Below are positions 57,927-64,000 of a stretch of 64,000 nucleotides of DNA, piece by piece; positions within the stretch are counted from its first letter, which is position 1; each line of letters starts with the position of its first letter. This DNA comes from Spirochaetia bacterium (lineage in GTDB: Bacteria; Spirochaetota; Spirochaetia; UBA9216). The DNA is taken from positions 1,824,001 to 1,888,000 of the forward strand of contig CAXXYH010000004.1 of the NCBI GenBank assembly GCA_963677925.2, read 5' to 3'. Made by a program: the position numbers and the translations under genes. A model generated the notes under the pieces. It was given only the letters and a program-made list of their open reading frames with translations, was not told where the DNA came from and ran no database searches.

Positions 57927-59390
57927 ATGAGTGTAAGAGTCAGATACGCACCTTCACCGACCGGGCTTCAGCATATCGGCGGTGTTAGAACAGCACTTTT
58001 TAACTATTTTTTCGCCCGCAGCGAGGGCGGTAAATTCATACTCAGAATTGAGGATACCGATCAGGTCCGCTACAGCGACGAATCGCTTCAGGACCTGTAT
58101 GATACTTTCAAGTGGCTCGGAATTGAGTGGGACGAAGGCCCGGACAAAGGCGGAGATTGCGGACCCTATGTGCAGAGTGAGCGCTTTGAAATGTACAAGG
58201 AATATGCCGAGAAACTTGTTGAAGAGGGTAAGGCCTACTACTGCTACTGCACACCTGCAAGACTTGATAAGCTTCGCGAAGAGCAGCAGAAGGATAAAAA
58301 ATCCCAGCAGGGCTATGACAGACACTGCCGCGACCTCACCGCCGAGCAGCGAGCGGAGTATGAGAATCAGGGGATAAAACCTGTAATACGTTTTAAAATA
58401 CCTCTGGATGGAATGGTTGTATTCCATGATGAGCTTCTGGGAGATGTTAAGCGTAAAACCCGTGATATCAATCCCGATCCGGTACTGTTGAAGTCGGACG
58501 GTTTTCCTACATATCATCTGGCAAATATCATTGATGATCATCACATGAATATTACTCACATCCTGCGTGCTCAGGAGTGGCTTCCCTCAGGACCGCTTCA
58601 CATACTTTTATACAAGGCGTTTGAATGGGAGCCGCCGCTTTACTGCCATCTTCCGATGGTTATGGGAAAGGATGGACAGAAACTGTCGAAGCGTCATGGT
58701 TCAACAAGTCTTCGTGATTTTATTGCGCAGGGTTACCTGCCGGAGGCAATCATCAACTATGTATCGCTTATTGGCTGGTCCTATGACGACTCACGTGAGT
58801 TCTTCACAAAAGAAGAGCTTGAAGAGCTTTTTACAATTACCAAGCTGAACAAGGCTCCCGGAGTTTTTGACTACAAGAAGCTCGACTGGTTTAACGGTCA
58901 GTATATAAGAAAACTGAGCGATGACGAGCTTAAAGCAAAGATTATCCCGTACCTCGCTGAAGCGGGATGCCTGGAGAATCCGCCTGCACCCGGGCAGAGT
59001 GAGCTGATTAATGGACTTATTCCGATTGTTAAGGAGAGGCTGAAGCTTCTTTCCGACATTGTTCCGATGACTGCCTTCCTTTTTCAGGACATTTCAGGCT
59101 ACGAAGCTGAGGAGCTTATCCCTAAAAAGCAGGATGCCGCATCTACAAAAGAGATTCTACAGCTTGGTCGACCTTTGATAGAGAAGGTTGGCGAACTTGA
59201 TGATGAGCAGCTTGAAGAAGCTTTCAAGGTCCTTTCCGAGGAAAGCGGCTACAAACTCGGGGATCTGCTTGCGCCTCTCCGTGTTGCTGTTACGGGAAGC
59301 AGGGTATCTCCGCCGCTTTTTGCATCTATCAGACTTCTCGGCCTTGATAAGGCTGTACGCAGGATTGATCTGGCGATAAATAAACTCTAA
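57927..59390 (+). CDS. gltX: Glutamate-tRNA ligase
   Basis: RYAPSPTGLQHIGG, RIEDTD, KLSKR. Confidence 0.98.
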   Translation: MSVRVRYAPSPTGLQHIGGVRTALFNYFFARSEGGKFILRIEDTDQVRYSDESLQDLYDTFKWLGIEWDEGPDKGGDCGPYVQSERFEMYKEYAEKLVEEGKAYYCYCTPARLDKLREEQQKDKKSQQGYDRHCRDLTAEQRAEYENQGIKPVIRFKIPLDGMVVFHDELLGDVKRKTRDINPDPVLLKSDGFPTYHLANIIDDHHMNITHILRAQEWLPSGPLHILLYKAFEWEPPLYCHLPMVMGKDGQKLSKRHGSTSLRDFIAQGYLPEAIINYVSLIGWSYDDSREFFTKEELEELFTITKLNKAPGVFDYKKLDWFNGQYIRKLSDDELKAKIIPYLAEAGCLENPPAPGQSELINGLIPIVKERLKLLSDIVPMTAFLFQDISGYEAEELIPKKQDAASTKEILQLGRPLIEKVGELDDEQLEEAFKVLSEESGYKLGDLLAPLRVAVTGSRVSPPLFASIRLLGLDKAVRRIDLAINKL

Positions 59391-59417
59391 ACCATAGAGA
59401 AAAATCAACTCAAATTC

Positions 59418-59454
59418 AGCTGAATGCATTATTACTTTTGCATTCAGCTTTTTT
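59418..59454 (+). terminator. Intrinsic terminator after gltX
   Basis: AGCTGAATGCA...TGCATTCAGCT followed by a T tract. Confidence 0.88.
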
Positions 59455-59585
59455 ATTGCTCATACATTTATTAATTTGAGATTTTTAAAATTTAATCAGG
59501 ATAGATAAAGCAGAGAGAATCATCAATGATTAAATAAAGTAGATTATCTGGCGGGCAGACTGTAAGCATATAATATTAAACAACA

Positions 59586-59638
59586 GACTATAATGGACTA
59601 TAAGGGACTTGACAGCAAAGGGGCTCTCTTATTAAGCT
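59586..59638 (+). promoter_or_regulatory. Promoter with 10-bp-period direct repeats overlapping the -35
   Basis: GACTATAATG GACTATAAGG GACTTGACAG; TTGACA(59609)-18 nt-TAAGCT. Confidence 0.6.
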
Positions 59639-59656
59639 ATATCGTAGGAGAATCTA

Positions 59657-60142
59657 ATGGATCTTAATAATATACTCGACAGGGAATGTTCCTGTGTACT
59701 TAAAGAGAAGACAAAGACTGAGGCAATAATTGAACTTGCCGACAGACTTGGTGAATATAAGCGCAAAATAGATACCGAACTGCTCAAGAAGGAGCTTTTC
59801 TACCGTGAACAGCTGATGAGTACTGGTATAGGGCTAGGCATAGCAATACCTCATGTCCGGTTTGCGGGTATAAGCAAGCCTGTTATCCTTGTCGGCGTTC
59901 AGCCTGCAGGTATTTCCGATTACGAATCAATGGATGGCGAAGCTGTGAAGATAGTCGTGATGATAATAGTTGGAAAGGATCAGCACAAGGAACATATCAG
60001 GCTGCTTTCAATGATTGTAGGTCGACTCAAGGCCCCGGGCGTGAAGGATGCTCTTCTGAAAGCTGCTGACGGTGATGAAATATGCAGTCTGCTCTTAACA
60101 ACAGGTAATGGCGGTTCAGCCGGGGAAAACGCGGATGGCTGA
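59657..60142 (+). CDS. PTS EIIA protein (fructose/mannitol/Ntr type)
   Basis: REQLMSTGIGLGIAIPH with the phosphorylatable His. Confidence 0.92.
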   Translation: MDLNNILDRECSCVLKEKTKTEAIIELADRLGEYKRKIDTELLKKELFYREQLMSTGIGLGIAIPHVRFAGISKPVILVGVQPAGISDYESMDGEAVKIVVMIIVGKDQHKEHIRLLSMIVGRLKAPGVKDALLKAADGDEICSLLLTTGNGGSAGENADG

Positions 60143-61832
60143 TTTCTTTTCCGGCATTTTTAATACAGTATCAACCACACATGTGAATATGGTCCTGTTT
60201 CTGGGGATCGTCCTCTTTGGAGGAGCTCTGGGAGGCAGACTGTTTCAGAAAATAAAGATTCCCCAGGTTGTCGGCTACATAGTTATCGGAGTTATTCTAG
60301 GGCAGTCGGGGCTTAAGTTTATCGGACCTGACATGGTTACAAAGATGGCTCCGGTAAGTACTGTTGCGCTTTCGCTGATTGGTTTTTCAATCGGCGGTGA
60401 ATTGAAGATTTCGGTACTGAAGCAGCGGGGCAAGCAGTTTGCATATATTCTTGTTTTTGAGGCTATTACAGCTTTTATTGTTGTAGGCCTGCTTGTATAT
60501 GCTGCTGTTCTGATTATAACGAAGGATCAGGGAACAGCCATTTCGCTGGGCCTGCTTCTGGGGGCAATTTCTTCAGCCACGGCTCCGGCGGCTACCACTG
60601 ATGTATTATGGGAAAACCGGACCAAGGGTCCTCTCACAACCACAGTTTTAGGCATTGTAGCCATGGATGATGCTGTTGCGCTGCTTCTTTTTGCCTTCGC
60701 CACAAGTATTGCGGCCGGATTTCTTGATGTTGCAGCGGGGGCTGATATTTCGGTGGCCTCACAGCTGCTCTCAATAGTAATTGAAATTGTTATGTCCATC
60801 GGTGTAGGTGCAGCGGTAGGATATCTGCTTAGCAAGCTTATCCGGGGCTTTATAAACGAGGAGCGTATTCTTGCTTTCTCTCTCGGTGCAATAATGCTCT
60901 TAAGCGGCCTTTGTGTTGCCCTTGATATTGATATGATTCTTGCGGCAATGTCGATGGGCTTTTTTATGACCAACTTTGCCCCCCGCAAGAGCCGTGAGAC
61001 CTTTGCCCTTGTGCAGAAGTTCTCTCCTCCCATATATGTACTTTTCTTTGTTCTTGTAGGCGCAAAGCTTAATATCTGGTCAATTACACCTGTAGTTGCT
61101 GTTCTTGCCGGTGTTTTTCTTATAGGAAGAACGGGCGGTAAGTTCATAGGTGCAAAGACCGGTGCTTTTATCAGCAAGGCTCCGAAAACTGTTTATAAGT
61201 ACCTTCCATTCTGTCTGCTGAGCCAGGCCGGTGTTGCAATCGGTCTTTCAATTGTGGCCGGAGACAGCTTTACCGGCCCAATCGGTGATCTGATTGTGAC
61301 AGTAGTTACGGCGACTACATTTGTTGTTCAGCTGCTCGGACCTATCAGTGTTAAGTTTGCAGTTGATAAGGCAGGAGAAACCGGGCTGAACATTACAGAA
61401 GAAGACCTAATCAAGCAGAGCAGCGCGAAGGACCTGATGTTTCATAACCTTCCTACAATACCTGAGGGAGCTCCGGTAAGCCGGATTCTTCATATCTTCA
61501 GTGAGAATGAAGCACTCTGCTTTCCTGTAACCCAGAACGACGGCAGTCTTGCCGGAGTTATCAGCATTGACGATCTGAAAAACACCTTTATGGCAGCGGA
61601 GCTTTCAGACTTTCTGCTTGCCCATGATATTATGAAACCTTCGGTCATCACCTGCAGCGAAGATACTCCTGCCGATGAGGTCAAGTTGCTTTTCCGTAAA
61701 TACAGCGTTGACTACATCCCTGTTCTGTCAAAGGACGGTTCGCTGAAGGGAATAATCGAAGAGAGGGGCATACAGCTTCTATTTTCAAAGAAACTGGCTG
61801 AACTCAACAAGAAAGCGGAAGACCTCGGCTGA
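60135..61832 (+). CDS. Cation:proton antiporter with a C-terminal CBS pair
   Basis: IPQVVGY, SATAPAAT, AMDDA, FFVLVGA, SQAGVAIGL; two CBS domains; probable ATG at 60135. Confidence 0.92.
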   Translation: MADFFSGIFNTVSTTHVNMVLFLGIVLFGGALGGRLFQKIKIPQVVGYIVIGVILGQSGLKFIGPDMVTKMAPVSTVALSLIGFSIGGELKISVLKQRGKQFAYILVFEAITAFIVVGLLVYAAVLIITKDQGTAISLGLLLGAISSATAPAATTDVLWENRTKGPLTTTVLGIVAMDDAVALLLFAFATSIAAGFLDVAAGADISVASQLLSIVIEIVMSIGVGAAVGYLLSKLIRGFINEERILAFSLGAIMLLSGLCVALDIDMILAAMSMGFFMTNFAPRKSRETFALVQKFSPPIYVLFFVLVGAKLNIWSITPVVAVLAGVFLIGRTGGKFIGAKTGAFISKAPKTVYKYLPFCLLSQAGVAIGLSIVAGDSFTGPIGDLIVTVVTATTFVVQLLGPISVKFAVDKAGETGLNITEEDLIKQSSAKDLMFHNLPTIPEGAPVSRILHIFSENEALCFPVTQNDGSLAGVISIDDLKNTFMAAELSDFLLAHDIMKPSVITCSEDTPADEVKLLFRKYSVDYIPVLSKDGSLKGIIEERGIQLLFSKKLAELNKKAEDLG

Positions 61833-61879
61833 TACTTACAGCTTGAATTAATGGTGAATTTATTATATTTTATTGTCTG

Positions 61880-61904
61880 TCCCGCATGAATGCGGGATGT
61901 TTTT
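61880..61904 (+). terminator. Hairpin with T run upstream of glyQS
   Basis: TCCCGCA-TGAA-TGCGGGA followed by TGTTTTT. Confidence 0.5.
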
Positions 61905-61937
61905 CCAACAACACAATCCACTGAAAAGGTGTAAAAC

Positions 61938-63287
61938 ATGGCAAATAACGTAACTATGGATCAATTAGTATCCCTGTGTAAAAGAAGGGGTTTTGTATAT
62001 CAGTCAAGCGAGATCTACGGAGGACTTTCCTCTGCATGGGACTACGGTCCACTGGGTGTTGAACTCAAGAAAAACATACAGAAGGTATGGTGGAAAGAGA
62101 TGACCCAGCTGCATGACAATATCGTAGGTATTGATGCGGCTATCATGATGCACCCCCGTGTCTGGGAAGCTTCCGGACATGTTGAGAACTTCTCAGACCC
62201 AATGGTGGACTGTAAGGAATGTAAAAGCCGCTTTCGTGCTGACCATATCGACCTTGAAGCAGCCTGTCCTGTCTGCGGAAATAAGGGAACATTTACCGAG
62301 CCGCGTGAGTTCAACCTTATGTTTAAGACACATCTTGGTCCCGTTGCAGAAGCCGGTTCAGTAGTTTACCTGAGACCGGAAACAGCTCAGGGTATCTTTG
62401 TCAACTTTAAGAATGTTGTTCAGTCAAGCCGTGTAAAGATTCCATTCGGTATAGCCCAGGTAGGAAAGGCTTTCAGAAATGAAATTACCACCAAGAACTT
62501 CATCTTCAGAACCTGCGAGTTTGAACAGATGGAGATGCAGTTTTTTGTTAAGCCGGGTGAGGATGAGAAGTGGTTTGAGTACTGGAAGGAACAGCGCTGG
62601 AACTACTACGTCAACAAGCTCGGCATCAATCCTTCAAAGATTCAGTGGCACCAGCACGGACCCGATGAACTTGCTCACTACGCTAAAGATGCATATGATA
62701 TTGAGTTTGATTTCCCCTTCGGTTTTTCCGAACTTGAGGGTGTTCATAACAGAACTGACTTTGACCTTTCAAGGCACAGCGAATACTGCGGAAAGGAAAT
62801 TAACTATTTAGAAGAAGAAACCAAGGAAAGATATATTCCATACGTAATTGAGACCTCTGCGGGACTTACCCGAAGTGTTCTGATGGTTCTGTCAGACGCA
62901 TACGAAGAAGAGGATCTCGGTGAAGACTCCAAGGGTAATCCGGACAGCAGGGTAGTGATGAGATTTCATCCGAATATTGCTCCTGTTACAGTCGGTGTAT
63001 TCCCTCTTGTTAAAAAGGACGGGCTTGCGGAATTGGCTCGCAGTATCGAAGAAGAACTGCGTGACGATTTCACCACGTTTTATGACCAGTCCGGCGCCAT
63101 CGGCCGAAGGTACAGGCGTCAGGACGAAATCGGAACACCATTCTGTATAACTGTTGACTATGATACAAAGGAAGATAAGACAGTTACCCTCAGATACCGT
63201 GATTCGATGGAGCAGGTCCGTGTCGGAATCGATCAGCTCGTACCGACTATCAAAGCCGCGATTAAAAATTACAAACGCGTAGTATAA
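61938..63287 (+). CDS. glyQS: Glycine-tRNA ligase (homodimeric, eukaryote-like)
   Basis: [35 protein letters not shown]. Confidence 0.97.
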   Translation: MANNVTMDQLVSLCKRRGFVYQSSEIYGGLSSAWDYGPLGVELKKNIQKVWWKEMTQLHDNIVGIDAAIMMHPRVWEASGHVENFSDPMVDCKECKSRFRADHIDLEAACPVCGNKGTFTEPREFNLMFKTHLGPVAEAGSVVYLRPETAQGIFVNFKNVVQSSRVKIPFGIAQVGKAFRNEITTKNFIFRTCEFEQMEMQFFVKPGEDEKWFEYWKEQRWNYYVNKLGINPSKIQWHQHGPDELAHYAKDAYDIEFDFPFGFSELEGVHNRTDFDLSRHSEYCGKEINYLEEETKERYIPYVIETSAGLTRSVLMVLSDAYEEEDLGEDSKGNPDSRVVMRFHPNIAPVTVGVFPLVKKDGLAELARSIEEELRDDFTTFYDQSGAIGRRYRRQDEIGTPFCITVDYDTKEDKTVTLRYRDSMEQVRVGIDQLVPTIKAAIKNYKRVV

Positions 63288-63299
63288 GGATAAAAAAAT

Positions 63300-64000
63300 A
63301 TGGCTAAATCAGGCCTTGAAGTACTTAGAGAACGGGGTTTTATACAGCAGTGTACTGATATTGATGCCCTTGAAAAATTGATGTCTGAAGAGAGTATTTC
63401 TCTTTATGTCGGTGTTGACCCCACCGGCCCGAGCCTTCATATAGGACACATGGTGCCCTTTTTTGCAATGCACCACCTTCAGGCTGCCGGACACATGCCC
63501 ATCGCTGTTGTAGGCGGCGGAACTTCCATGATTGGAGATCCATCAGGCAAGTCTGATATGAGAAAGATGCTGACAATCGAGCAGATTCAGCAGAACTCAT
63601 CATCAATCAAGGATCAGCTTGGTAAAATCATAGATTTTTCAGAAGGCAAGGCTATCATGGTAAACAACTATGACTGGCTTGGACCTCTTAACTACCTTGA
63701 GTTTCTCAGGGATATTGGAATTCATTTCTCGGTTAACCGTATGCTCAGTTTTGAATCATACAAGCAGCGGATGGAGAAGGGGCTCAACTTTATTGAGTTT
63801 AACTACCAGCTTCTTCAGTCATACGACTTTCTGAAGCTTCACCAGGATTACGGCTGCGCTCTTCAGATGGGTGGAGACGACCAGTGGGGCAATATAGTTT
63901 CAGGTATGGAGCTTATAAGGCGTGTTGAAGGAGCTGAGGCAAAGGCTTTCGGTCTTACTTTCCCGCTTGTTACCCGCTCTGACGGTAAGAAGATGGGCAA
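63300..64000 (+). CDS. tyrS: Tyrosine-tRNA ligase, 5' part (runs past the window end)
   Basis: ATG 63300; [52 protein letters not shown]. Confidence 0.97.
   Translation, partial: MAKSGLEVLRERGFIQQCTDIDALEKLMSEESISLYVGVDPTGPSLHIGHMVPFFAMHHLQAAGHMPIAVVGGGTSMIGDPSGKSDMRKMLTIEQIQQNSSSIKDQLGKIIDFSEGKAIMVNNYDWLGPLNYLEFLRDIGIHFSVNRMLSFESYKQRMEKGLNFIEFNYQLLQSYDFLKLHQDYGCALQMGGDDQWGNIVSGMELIRRVEGAEAKAFGLTFPLVTRSDGKKMG

Noticed and set aside
57954-58559. Long antisense and alternate-frame ORFs in the track (also 60527-61177, 5827-6381, 9772-10287, 15392-15886)
   Set aside because: Shadows of well-conserved genes; no SD or recognisable motifs
61833-61937. T-box leader for glyQS-tyrS
   Set aside because: Only about 100 nt, and no AAGGTGGTACC T-box motif or stem I; just one hairpin
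1-64000. CRISPR arrays, IS elements, prophage, defence islands, tRNA/rRNA genes
   Set aside because: No repeat-spacer arrays, transposase or integrase motifs; intergenic gaps are short and explained by promoters and terminators

Overview
Gene-dense chromosomal core region of a bacterium. Gene content and order (SpiroCoCo-type coiled-coil protein, rpsT-HU-lnt, rho-rpmE-galK-surE-TPR-NHL, eukaryote-type GlyRS) point to a free-living spirochaete; this is an inference. In order, the window holds: the end of a MerR-family gene; a secreted Cys/His-motif protein; a TPR / beta-barrel / ExbB / ExbD / TonB / HAD operon; a large coiled-coil protein; grpE-dnaK-dnaJ; rlmB; purFMNDE; dusB and tatD; M23-bactofilin-YaaR-RicT; a 56-aa zinc-ribbon ORF missing from the ORF track; rpsT-HU-lnt; an atypical response regulator; rho, rpmE, galK, surE; GTP-dependent PEPCK; a soluble MCP-SBP fusion; a carboxyltransferase whose biotin-carrier lysine is lost; clpS-clpA (two compensating frameshifts)-aat; a Ytr-like ABC operon with its operator; a nucleoside kinase; a degenerate HD-GYP protein; alaA; gltX; PTS EIIA plus a CBS antiporter; glyQS; and the start of tyrS. 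I saw no mobile elements, CRISPR arrays, tRNA or rRNA genes. No clearly new multi-gene system can be proven from sequence alone. The best leads are the TPR-OMP-TonB envelope module, the small Zn-ribbon protein beside rpsT, the lysine-less biotin domain, the MCP-SBP fusion and the C-terminal clamp-motif protein. All annotations come from motif recognition by eye; no database searches were run.
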